NCBI GenBank assembly: GCA_947652855.1
Contig: CANTEO010000001.1
Coordinates: forward strand, 63,742-127,741
Length of the DNA: 64,000 nucleotides
Origin: an uncultured Roseburia sp.
Lineage (GTDB): Bacteria > Bacillota > Clostridia > Lachnospirales > Lachnospiraceae
Reading direction: 5' to 3'
Positions 49,147 through 57,673 of the stretch are shown piece after piece; the stretch's first letter is position 1, and each line of letters opens with the position of its first letter. The position numbers were made by a program, and so were the translations under genes. The notes under the pieces were generated by a model that did no database searches, was not told the origin of the DNA, and saw nothing but the letters and a program-made list of their open reading frames with translations.

Positions 49147-50661
49147 ATGAATATGTTTGATAAGCCGTTATTTATCTTTGAAATGGCAAATAACCATCAG
49201 GGGGACGTCGCGCATGGAAAGAAGATCATTCATGCATTGCGTGAGGCGTCAAAGGACTATATGGAGGAATTTCATTTTGCGGTGAAATTTCAGTACCGTG
49301 ACCTGGACACATTTCTGCATCCTGCATACCGCGGCCGCCTGGATCTAAAGAACGTAAAGCGCTTTCAGGAAACGCGCCTTGACGGGCCGGCGTTTGAAGA
49401 ATTGAAGCGGGAGGCGGAGGGCTGCGGGTTTTTCACCATCTGCACGCCGTTTGACGAAGTTTCCGCGGAGCGGATTTGGGAGCAGGGGTTTGACGCCATA
49501 AAGATTGCGAGCTGCTCATTTACGGACTGGCCCCTGCTGGAAAAGATCGCCGAGCATACGATGCCCGTGATTGCCTCCACGGCGGGCAGCAGCATGGACG
49601 ACATCAAGCGGGTGGCGCTGTTTTTTGAGAACCGGAAAACGCCCCTTTCGCTGATGCATTGCGTCGCGGAGTATCCGACGCCGGAAGAGAAGCTGCAGAT
49701 GAATCAGATTGACCTGCTTCGGCGCGCATTCCCGGATCATGCGATTGGCTTTTCCACCCATGAGCCGCCCGAGGATGCCGCTCCGGTCATGCTTGCGGTT
49801 GCAAAGGGGGCCAGAATTTTTGAAAAGCACGTGGGCCTTCCTACAGAGGAAATCTCCCTAAACGCCTATTCCGCCAATCCAGGGCAAGTGAAAGCATGGC
49901 TTGAGGAGGCGCGCAGGGCATTTGGTATGTGCGGGGTAAGCGGGGAGAGGTATGCGCCTTCCCAAAAGGAGCAGGAAGATCTTTCGGCCCTTTCGAGAGG
50001 GATCTTTGCAAAAGGCCCAATGCAGGCGGGGGAGACCCTTTCCGAGGAGAATGTTTATTTTGCGTTTCCCTGCGTCCCCGGGCAGCTTTTGGCGAAAGAC
50101 TTCTCAAAATACAGCCATATTGCCTTAAAAAGTGAAAAAAGCGCGGATGACGCGATCATGAGGGAGGATGCCCAGGCAGACGACGCCAGGGAGAAGACAG
50201 AAAAGATCATAGAGCAGATCTCTAAGCTGCTTCGGGAAAGCAACGTCGTGATTCCCGAAGGGAGCAAGTGTGAGATCTCCCATCATTACGGGTTAAGCCG
50301 CTATCAGGAGACGGGAGTGGCGATCATTGAGTGCATTAACCGGGAGTACTGCAAAAAAATCTTGGCGCTGCTTCCGGGACAAAATCATCCCGTTCATTTA
50401 CATAAAAAAAAGGAGGAGACCTTTTCTGTCGTGTACGGAGATTTGCATTTGGCGTTAGACGGAGAGCAGATGGAGCTGTCTCCGGGAGAGAGCATGGTAG
50501 TGGAGAGAAATGTGAAGCACAGCTTTTTCACGGAGCATGGCTGCGTGTTTGAGGAAATCTCCACGACGCATTTTAAGAATGACTCCTATTATGAGGATGA
50601 GAGCCGTTTTGTACAGCCAAGGAAAACAACCATCTATTTGTCGAAAAGCATATTTCGTTGA
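49147..50661 (+). CDS. NeuB-family (PEP-dependent ulosonate synthase-like) protein with SAF-like domain and C-terminal cupin
   Basis: EMANNHQG, AVKFQ, CTPFD, KIASC, MHCVAEYPT, GFSTHE, EKH; C-terminal YCKK..PGQNHPVHLHKKKEETF...HSF...EEIST. Confidence 0.85.
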   Translation: MNMFDKPLFIFEMANNHQGDVAHGKKIIHALREASKDYMEEFHFAVKFQYRDLDTFLHPAYRGRLDLKNVKRFQETRLDGPAFEELKREAEGCGFFTICTPFDEVSAERIWEQGFDAIKIASCSFTDWPLLEKIAEHTMPVIASTAGSSMDDIKRVALFFENRKTPLSLMHCVAEYPTPEEKLQMNQIDLLRRAFPDHAIGFSTHEPPEDAAPVMLAVAKGARIFEKHVGLPTEEISLNAYSANPGQVKAWLEEARRAFGMCGVSGERYAPSQKEQEDLSALSRGIFAKGPMQAGETLSEENVYFAFPCVPGQLLAKDFSKYSHIALKSEKSADDAIMREDAQADDAREKTEKIIEQISKLLRESNVVIPEGSKCEISHHYGLSRYQETGVAIIECINREYCKKILALLPGQNHPVHLHKKKEETFSVVYGDLHLALDGEQMELSPGESMVVERNVKHSFFTEHGCVFEEISTTHFKNDSYYEDESRFVQPRKTTIYLSKSIFR

Positions 50662-50675
50662 GGGAGGGCCTGAAT

Positions 50676-51749
50676 ATGGGATTGACGGAAAAGGAACAGT
50701 CTGGAAGGAATTACTTAAAAGAGAAAAAGCCCCTGGTCTTTGAGAAGGTGTCAAAGTTCACGGAAAAGTTTCAGAGAGGGGAAAGCATTGCGATCATTCA
50801 GCTGCAGTACAACTATATCTGCAATATGAAATGTGAACACTGCTCCATAAAGCGGTTTCAAGGCGCGAATCAGAACCGGAGGCTGACGCCGAAAGACGTA
50901 GGGAGGATTGCAAAGCAGGCGGATGAGATGGGCTTGGCCCGCTTTGTCATATCGGGAGGGGAGCCTACGATTTTCCCGGATCTGGAGGAGATCGTCAATG
51001 AGATCAACCCTGAGAAATTTTACATTAACTGCGACACGAACGGATGGCTTTTGGCGGAGAAGGCGGAGTATCTAAAGTCCATCGGCATTGACCGGATGCA
51101 GCTTAGCATTGACAGCCTGGATCCCGAGGAGCATGACGCGTTCCGCCATATGCCGGGCGCGCACGCCAGGGCGTTAGAGGGGATCAAAGCCTGTCAAGAG
51201 GTGGGCCTGCCCTTATACATACAGACGGTCGTGACGAAGGAACGCCTGCACTCTGAGGAGTTCATTCAGTTTCTGAAATATTTTAACGGCATGGGATTAA
51301 ATGTCTTCGTCTCCTATGCAAAGCCGGTCGGGGCATGGGAAGGCCATTTTGAAAACCTGATTGACCGAAAGGACATGGCGTATATGCGGGAATTGGAGAA
51401 GAAGTATCAGGTATGCACGCATTTGACGCCCGGATATGGGCTGGACATGGGATGCATTGGCGTGAAGGCGTTTCTTTCTGTGACGCAGTATGGAGACGTC
51501 CTTCCGTGTCCGTATATCCATACCTCGATTGGAAATGTGTTCGACAGCAGCCTAAAGGATATCATACAGACGGGGATGAACATCTGTCATTTTGGGGAGC
51601 ATCGTGATACGTGCCTGATCGCGGAGGATCTGGACTTTATTCAAAAATACGTGGCGGGCAGGATTTATCATAAGCCGCTGCCGGTTCCGTGTCAGGAAGT
51701 CTTTACCGAAGAGGACGTCACAAAGAAGCCGTTTTATGAAAGAGGGTAA
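50676..51749 (+). CDS. Radical SAM protein with SPASM/twitch-like C-terminus
   Basis: CNMKCEHC, SGGEP, TNG, SIDS; C-terminal C..GDVLPC..IGNV..C. Confidence 0.9.
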   Translation: MGLTEKEQSGRNYLKEKKPLVFEKVSKFTEKFQRGESIAIIQLQYNYICNMKCEHCSIKRFQGANQNRRLTPKDVGRIAKQADEMGLARFVISGGEPTIFPDLEEIVNEINPEKFYINCDTNGWLLAEKAEYLKSIGIDRMQLSIDSLDPEEHDAFRHMPGAHARALEGIKACQEVGLPLYIQTVVTKERLHSEEFIQFLKYFNGMGLNVFVSYAKPVGAWEGHFENLIDRKDMAYMRELEKKYQVCTHLTPGYGLDMGCIGVKAFLSVTQYGDVLPCPYIHTSIGNVFDSSLKDIIQTGMNICHFGEHRDTCLIAEDLDFIQKYVAGRIYHKPLPVPCQEVFTEEDVTKKPFYERG

Positions 51750-51753
51750 GCGT

Positions 51754-52263
51754 ATGGGCTTATACGAGAAGGCGTTGGATGAGATTTTGGAGGAGATACC
51801 GAACCCGAAACTGGGATTGCCGGAAAAAGTGTTCGAATTTGCATCTTCTATCGTGCCTATGGTAAATGTGGATTTGCTGATCCGCAATGAAAAGGGGGAG
51901 ATTTTGCTCGCCTGGCGCGACGATAAGTTCGCGGGGCCTGTCTGGCACATTCCCGGAGGGATCATCCGCTTTGGGGAGACGATGCGGGAGCGGATTCAGA
52001 AAGTGGCGATGCAGGAGGTCGGGACGGCCGTGGACGTCTTAGGGGACGCGGCCTGCGTAAGGGAGATTTTTTCGGATCACAGGGAGCGGGGCCATTTTAT
52101 TTCCTTTTTATATGAGTGCGCGCCCCTGGCGGGCGCCGCTATCGCCACGCAGGAGAAGGAGCGGCCGCAAGCCGGGGATTTGCGCTGGTTTGGGGCTTGC
52201 CCTGCGAATTTCATAGAATGTCAGAGGGCGGCGTATCAAATGTATTTCAACAGGCAAGGATGA
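51754..52263 (+). CDS. Nudix hydrolase, GDP-mannose mannosyl hydrolase-like
   Basis: PMVNVDLLI...WHIPGGIIRFGET...QEVG. Confidence 0.75.
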   Translation: MGLYEKALDEILEEIPNPKLGLPEKVFEFASSIVPMVNVDLLIRNEKGEILLAWRDDKFAGPVWHIPGGIIRFGETMRERIQKVAMQEVGTAVDVLGDAACVREIFSDHRERGHFISFLYECAPLAGAAIATQEKERPQAGDLRWFGACPANFIECQRAAYQMYFNRQG

Positions 52264-52275
52264 AAGGCAGGGCAT

Positions 52276-54222
52276 ATGGAGGAACGAAGGCGTCAGGATG
52301 CATATGACATGGCGGTCAAAATACGGGCGTTTGAGCGCACGGCGCTAGAGCTGTTCGCGCAGGACAAGCTGTCTGGGACGACGCATACGTACATTGGGCA
52401 GGAGGCGACTGCCGCCGCGGCCATGAGCTTTGTCGGGGAGCGGGACGTTGTTTTTAGCAATCACAGGTGCCATGGGCATTACCTGGCCTATGGCGGAGAC
52501 GAACGGGCGCTTTTGGCGGAGATTATGTCAAAGGAATCCGGCCTATGCGGGGGACGTGGCGGGAGCCAGCATATTCATTATAAGAATTTCTATACAAATG
52601 GGATTCAAGGCGGCATCCTCCCAAATGCGCTTGGCGTGGCGTTTGCGAAAAAGCTGGATCAGAAAAAAGACAGAACCGTCGTCTTTTTGGGAGATGGGAC
52701 ATTGGGCCAGGGGGTCGTGTATGAGACGCTCAATATTGCGTCCGTGTTTCAGATCCCGATGCTGTTTATTGTGGAAGACAATCAATACGCGATGAGCACA
52801 AGGCGGGAAGACGCCATTAGCGGAGACATTGCAGAGCGGATCCGGGGATTTGCGGTCGAGACGCTTGAGATTGCCAGCACGGATACGGACGAGCTTTTGG
52901 ATTTTTTTGAAAAGGCGTTTCGAAAGCTTGACACAGGAAATCAGCCGGTGTGCGCAGTCGTGCATAACTTTCGCCTGGGGGCGCACAGCAAGGGCGACGA
53001 CACGAGGGACGCGGCGGAGATTGAGCGCCATATGCAATGGGATCCGATCGCCGTCTTGGAGAGGAAGCTCGGAAGGGACGAAGTGGGCCGGCGCCTTAGG
53101 CGGCATTCTGAGGCGTTTGCGCAAATGGCGCTTGACTTGGAGGGCCAGGGGACGGCCCGGATTTTAAGCTGCGAGGCAGAGGCGCTCTCGGTTAAGGAAA
53201 CGTTTTTCTGCGAGGGCGGCAAACGATGCAATGAGCAGATTCGGGAGGCGCTTGGGGAGGGAATAGAACGCAATAAGAACATCATTGTCTATGGGGAAGA
53301 CGTAAAGGATCCCTATGGGGGCGCGTTTAAGGCCACCAAAGGCTTAAGCGGGAAGCACCCGGGCAATCTGTTCAATATGCCCATAAGCGAGGCATGCATG
53401 GTAGGAATGGCAGTCGGGATGGCGCTGGCGGGGAAGATTCCGGTGGTCGAAATTATGTTTGGGGACTTTTTGGCATTGGCAATGGATCAGCTGTTAAACC
53501 ATGCCGTAAAATATGGCTGGATTTACGGGGAGGCGGTACAAGTCCCAATGGTGATCCGCACGCCGATGGGCGGAGGAAGAGGGTACGGGCCTACGCACAG
53601 CCAGTCTTTGGAAAAATTTCTGATGGGGATTCCCCTGCTGAAAGTGCTTGCGCTTTCCCCGCTTCACAATCCCAAGCTCCTGTATCAGACCATTTTCGAC
53701 ACGATTTCCTCCCCGACTGTCGTGATTGAGAATAAAAAGCTGTATGCCGAGCGGATGCTTTCCGTATCCGATCACAAGTGCGGCTCGTTTTTTGTGGAGG
53801 AAATCAATCACTATGGATATTCGACCATGCGTCTGTCGCTGGATCGGCAGACGGCGCCGGATATCACCGTCGTGACGTATGGCGGGATGGTTCGGGACGC
53901 AATGAAGGCGGCGGAGGAGCTGCTTTTGGAGGATGAAATTCAGGCAGACCTTGTAGTCGTCAGCCAGCTGCTGCCTCTGCCAAAGCAGGATATCCGGGAA
54001 GCCATAAACGGCAAAGCGCCAATGGCCGTGGTGGAGGAAGGGACGGTAACGGCGGGGATCGGTGCCGAGATTGTCGCGTGGTGCGCGCAGGAGCGGCTGG
54101 CGGAGGGGTATTTGCGGATTGGGGCGCATGACCTGCCAATTCCGAATGGAATCAAGCTGGAGCGGCAGGCGCTGCCAGATTGGAAATGCATAATAGAGAG
54201 GATCAGGGAGTTCGTAAAATGA
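52276..54222 (+). CDS. Fused E1-alpha/E1-beta ThDP-dependent 2-oxoacid dehydrogenase-like protein
   Basis: Alpha: HTYIGQEA, SNHRCHGH, GRGGSQH, GDG...EDNQYA, HSKGD. Beta: YGEDV, PISE, EIMFGDF, GPTHSQS. Confidence 0.9.
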   Translation: MEERRRQDAYDMAVKIRAFERTALELFAQDKLSGTTHTYIGQEATAAAAMSFVGERDVVFSNHRCHGHYLAYGGDERALLAEIMSKESGLCGGRGGSQHIHYKNFYTNGIQGGILPNALGVAFAKKLDQKKDRTVVFLGDGTLGQGVVYETLNIASVFQIPMLFIVEDNQYAMSTRREDAISGDIAERIRGFAVETLEIASTDTDELLDFFEKAFRKLDTGNQPVCAVVHNFRLGAHSKGDDTRDAAEIERHMQWDPIAVLERKLGRDEVGRRLRRHSEAFAQMALDLEGQGTARILSCEAEALSVKETFFCEGGKRCNEQIREALGEGIERNKNIIVYGEDVKDPYGGAFKATKGLSGKHPGNLFNMPISEACMVGMAVGMALAGKIPVVEIMFGDFLALAMDQLLNHAVKYGWIYGEAVQVPMVIRTPMGGGRGYGPTHSQSLEKFLMGIPLLKVLALSPLHNPKLLYQTIFDTISSPTVVIENKKLYAERMLSVSDHKCGSFFVEEINHYGYSTMRLSLDRQTAPDITVVTYGGMVRDAMKAAEELLLEDEIQADLVVVSQLLPLPKQDIREAINGKAPMAVVEEGTVTAGIGAEIVAWCAQERLAEGYLRIGAHDLPIPNGIKLERQALPDWKCIIERIREFVK

Positions 54223-55250
54223 AAGACAGAATCGTGATGCCGCGCTTGGGCGTAAATGACGACAAGGTCATGGTTGCGCAGTTTCTTGTGGAGGACGGCG
54301 CGGCAGTGAAAAAGGGCCAGGCAGTCGCCGTATTGGAAACGTCGAAAGAGACGAGCGAGATTTGCGCGCCGTCCGACGGCGTCATCTCATTTTTAATAAA
54401 AGAGGAGACGGAGGCAGAGGTCGGGACTGAGATCGCGTTGATTAGCGCCAGCCGGGAGGCGCATGAGGAAACAGCGATAGGGCAGCCGGAGCGGAAATTG
54501 ACGGAAAAGGCAAAGCGGCTGGCCGAGAAGCATGGCATTGACCTTCGCCTCTTGCCTTCGGACAAAATTATACGGGAAAAGGATTTATTGCCATACATTC
54601 AAAAGCCGTATGAAATGGCGGAAGTGACGAGCAACCAGGCCGTCATTTACGGCGGCGGGGGGTTTGGAAAGATTGCCGTTGAGATTTTAAGGCAAGATCC
54701 GCAGTTTGCGGTGTATGGAATCGTTGACAGCAATTTCCCGGACAAAAAAGAGGTTTTGGGCGTGCCGGTGATTGGGGACGACGAGATCTTAGAACGTCTT
54801 TTGAAAGAAGGGCGCAAAAAAATGGTGAACGCCGTGGGATTTTTACAAAAGGCGCATTGGCGTAAGCCCACATATGAAATGCTGAAAGAAAAGGGGTTTG
54901 AGTTCATCAATGTGATCCATCGGAGCGCGGTGGTGGAGCAAAGCGTCACAATGGGAGCCGGGAATCTGATCTGCGCGGGCGCCATTATCGGATCGGAGGC
55001 GAAGATTGGGAGCAACTGCATCTTAAATGCCGGATGCGTCATTTCGCATGACTGCAAGATAAGCGATCACTGCCATATCGCGTCCGGGGCGACGCTGGCG
55101 GGAAATGTCACGGTAGGGGAAAACACGTTGATCGGACAGGGCTGCACCGTCTATTCGGATGTGCGCATCGGAAAAAATGTGACGGTGCAAAACGGCGTCC
55201 ATATCTTTAAGAATGTGGAAGACGGCGCAGTCGTCCTGTTAAATGGCTGA
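54219..55250 (+). CDS. Lipoyl domain + peripheral subunit-binding domain + PglD/NeuD-type hexapeptide sugar acyltransferase fusion
   Basis: IVMPRLG...LETSKETSEICAPSDG (lipoyl Lys); TEKAKRLAEKHGIDL...IIREKDL (PSBD); IYGGGGFG...GVPVIG (PglD_N); LbH repeats with ISHDC. Confidence 0.85.
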   Translation: MKDRIVMPRLGVNDDKVMVAQFLVEDGAAVKKGQAVAVLETSKETSEICAPSDGVISFLIKEETEAEVGTEIALISASREAHEETAIGQPERKLTEKAKRLAEKHGIDLRLLPSDKIIREKDLLPYIQKPYEMAEVTSNQAVIYGGGGFGKIAVEILRQDPQFAVYGIVDSNFPDKKEVLGVPVIGDDEILERLLKEGRKKMVNAVGFLQKAHWRKPTYEMLKEKGFEFINVIHRSAVVEQSVTMGAGNLICAGAIIGSEAKIGSNCILNAGCVISHDCKISDHCHIASGATLAGNVTVGENTLIGQGCTVYSDVRIGKNVTVQNGVHIFKNVEDGAVVLLNG

Positions 55251-56325
55251 AAAGGGAGTGAAAAGACGAAACGTGAGGCTGCTTATTTTTGAGACGGCGC
55301 AGGCCGACCCGTATGAAAACCTGGCGGCGGAGGAGCATCTGCTTTCTGTCTGCGGGCAGGAGAATAGCGCGGCTCTGTTTTTATGGCAAAACAGGGATTC
55401 GGTCATTTTGGGAAGGAATCAAAATCCGTATGCCGAATGCAATTTGCAGATGGCCGAGGAAAACGGAGTGAAAATCGCCAGGAGAATGACAGGGGGCGGG
55501 GCCGTCTTTCATGATTTGGGGAACTTAAACTTCACCTTCCTTGCGCCAAAGCAGGATTATCAGAAGGAAGATGCGTTTGCCGTCATACAGGCGGCGCTTT
55601 TGGAGCTTGGGGTTGACGTAGAGAGAAGCGGAAGGAACGACCTGCTGGCGGGCGGATATAAATTCTCTGGGAATGCGTTTTATTCCAATGAGGCGGCAGC
55701 CTTGCACCATGGGACGGTTCTTGTGCATTCGGATTTGGACAAGATGAATCTGTGCCTTGGGGCGAGCGGGGGGAAAATGCAGAGGAAAGGGATTGCGTCT
55801 GTGCGCAGCAGGGTCGTCAACCTCTGCGCGCTGCAGCCGTCCCTGACCGTCCCCGCCGTCAAGGACAGCCTAAAGCGGGCGTATCGAAGGGAGATGCAGA
55901 AGCGGCACGCCATAGAGGGCGTGGAGGAGCGCGTCATAGGCCCTAAGGCGGCGCCTCTTGCGCTGCGGGAAAAATACGCGTCGAAGGAATGGATCTTCGG
56001 AGGCTATGGCGGGCAGTGGGAGCGGCGCGCGAGGCAGGGCTTCCCATGGGGAGGCGTAACGCTTTTGATGAATGTTGAGAAGCATCGGATTGCGGCGCTA
56101 AAGCTGGATTCCGACGCGCTGCTTCAAGCGCCCATTGGGGCGATAGAAAAGAAGCTGATCGGCGTCCGGCTGGATGCGTTGGGCAAGGCAATGGAAGAGC
56201 TGAAGGCTTCGTTTGAAGACGAAGCGGAGAAGCGGCTGGCGGATGACGTCATGCGTTGGATGAGGGGGCTTTTGGAAGGAGAGGCTGCAAATGAGCGAGG
56301 AGCTTGGCAAGGCAAAGGAATATGA
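55243..56325 (+). CDS. lplA: Lipoate-protein ligase A
   Basis: NLAAEE, LWQN, GRNQN, RRMTGGGAVFHDLGNLNF, KFSGNA, HHGT. Confidence 0.92.
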   Translation: MAEKGVKRRNVRLLIFETAQADPYENLAAEEHLLSVCGQENSAALFLWQNRDSVILGRNQNPYAECNLQMAEENGVKIARRMTGGGAVFHDLGNLNFTFLAPKQDYQKEDAFAVIQAALLELGVDVERSGRNDLLAGGYKFSGNAFYSNEAAALHHGTVLVHSDLDKMNLCLGASGGKMQRKGIASVRSRVVNLCALQPSLTVPAVKDSLKRAYRREMQKRHAIEGVEERVIGPKAAPLALREKYASKEWIFGGYGGQWERRARQGFPWGGVTLLMNVEKHRIAALKLDSDALLQAPIGAIEKKLIGVRLDALGKAMEELKASFEDEAEKRLADDVMRWMRGLLEGEAANERGAWQGKGI

Positions 56326-57658
56326 CGTGGCGATCCTTGGCGGCGGGCCGGCCGGGTGCCATGCGGCTATAGAGCTGGCGTCGGCGGGGAGGCGCGTCCT
56401 TTTAATTGAAAAAAACGAGATTGGCGGCGTTTGCCTCCATAAAGGCTGCATTCCCACCAAGTCACTGCTCTATAGCGCGAGGGCCTACGCCCTGGCAGGA
56501 AAAAAGGGGCCGTTCGACCTTGAGGGCGCAATTGAAAAAGAGCAGAAAGACATTAAGCGGCTGTTGGGCGGCTTACGTGGCAGGCTTGCGCAAAGCAATG
56601 CAGACTGCGTGCATGGCGAGGCCAAGATAGAAGGGCGCGTCGGCGGGCGCTTTGCGGTGTCTGTCGGCGGGGAGCGGTATGGCGCAAACGATTTGGTAAT
56701 TGCAGTTGGCGGCCGTCAGAGGGAGATCCCTATTCCGGGCTTGCGCAACGACGGACAGGAGCCGTATGTGTTTTACAGTGACGCATTCTTTTCCCTGCGC
56801 AGGTTTGAGGAGCGGGCTGCGGTCATTGGAGGAGGAGCGGTTGGGATTGAGCTTGCCGCTTTTCTTAATCAAATCGGGAGCAAGGTGACGGTTTACGAGA
56901 AAAAAGAAGCGTTATTGGAAGGGATGCTGGATGCCGACGTGGGAGGCATCGTGAAGGACTCCCTTATGAAGCGGGGCATAGATATCGTGTTAGGCTGCGA
57001 CATTCAAGAGGTGAGGGATCACAGCATTTTATACCAGAAGGATGGCGCATGGGAGGAGTCAGAGGCAGGCCAGGTGTTTGTCGCAGGCGGCAGGGTGGGC
57101 AATGCAGAGGGGATTGGCCTGTCAAAGCTAGGCGTGGATGAAAGCGGCCCTAAGCTTGTGACGGATGAATCCGGCAGGACCGGGATACCCCATATCTATG
57201 CCTGCGGCGACGTGACAGGCGCGCCTATGCTCGCCCATGCGGCGTATCGGGAGGCTGAGGCGGTCGCGGCTGACATCTTAGGAAAAAGGCAAGAGGCGCA
57301 GGCGGCGGTTCCCTCCGTTGTATATGCCAACCCTGAGATCGCCGCAGTGGGGGCATTGGAGGAAGAATGCCTGCGGCTCGGCAAAAAAGTGACTTCAAAA
57401 AGCCTGCCAATGGTGTATAGCAGCAGATACTTTATTGAAAATGAAGCAGAAAAGGAAAACGGCGCCTGCAAGCTGATCTTTGACGGGGATCAAACGCTGA
57501 TCGGGGCGCAGCTTGTGGGGAATGGAGCCTCCGAGCTGATTTTTCCGGTGTCTGAGATGGTTCGGCAAAAGAAAACGGCGGAAGAGATCAAGCATATGAT
57601 CTTTCCCCATCCGTCAATTGCGGAAATTGTAAAGGAAACCGTATTGTGGGGAAAGTAA
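56291..57658 (+). CDS. lpdA: Dihydrolipoamide dehydrogenase (E3)
   Basis: GGGPAG, GGVCLHKGCIPTK redox disulfide, GGGAVGIE, GDV..MLAH, HPSIAE. Confidence 0.9.
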   Translation: MSEELGKAKEYDVAILGGGPAGCHAAIELASAGRRVLLIEKNEIGGVCLHKGCIPTKSLLYSARAYALAGKKGPFDLEGAIEKEQKDIKRLLGGLRGRLAQSNADCVHGEAKIEGRVGGRFAVSVGGERYGANDLVIAVGGRQREIPIPGLRNDGQEPYVFYSDAFFSLRRFEERAAVIGGGAVGIELAAFLNQIGSKVTVYEKKEALLEGMLDADVGGIVKDSLMKRGIDIVLGCDIQEVRDHSILYQKDGAWEESEAGQVFVAGGRVGNAEGIGLSKLGVDESGPKLVTDESGRTGIPHIYACGDVTGAPMLAHAAYREAEAVAADILGKRQEAQAAVPSVVYANPEIAAVGALEEECLRLGKKVTSKSLPMVYSSRYFIENEAEKENGACKLIFDGDQTLIGAQLVGNGASELIFPVSEMVRQKKTAEEIKHMIFPHPSIAEIVKETVLWGK

Positions 57659-57673
57659 GGAAGGGAGGGGCCT

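Noticed and set aside
52276..57658. Ordinary pyruvate/acetoin dehydrogenase operon
   Set aside because: No E2 catalytic domain is encoded; the lipoyl protein ends in a sugar acyltransferase and the genes are embedded in a glycan operon.
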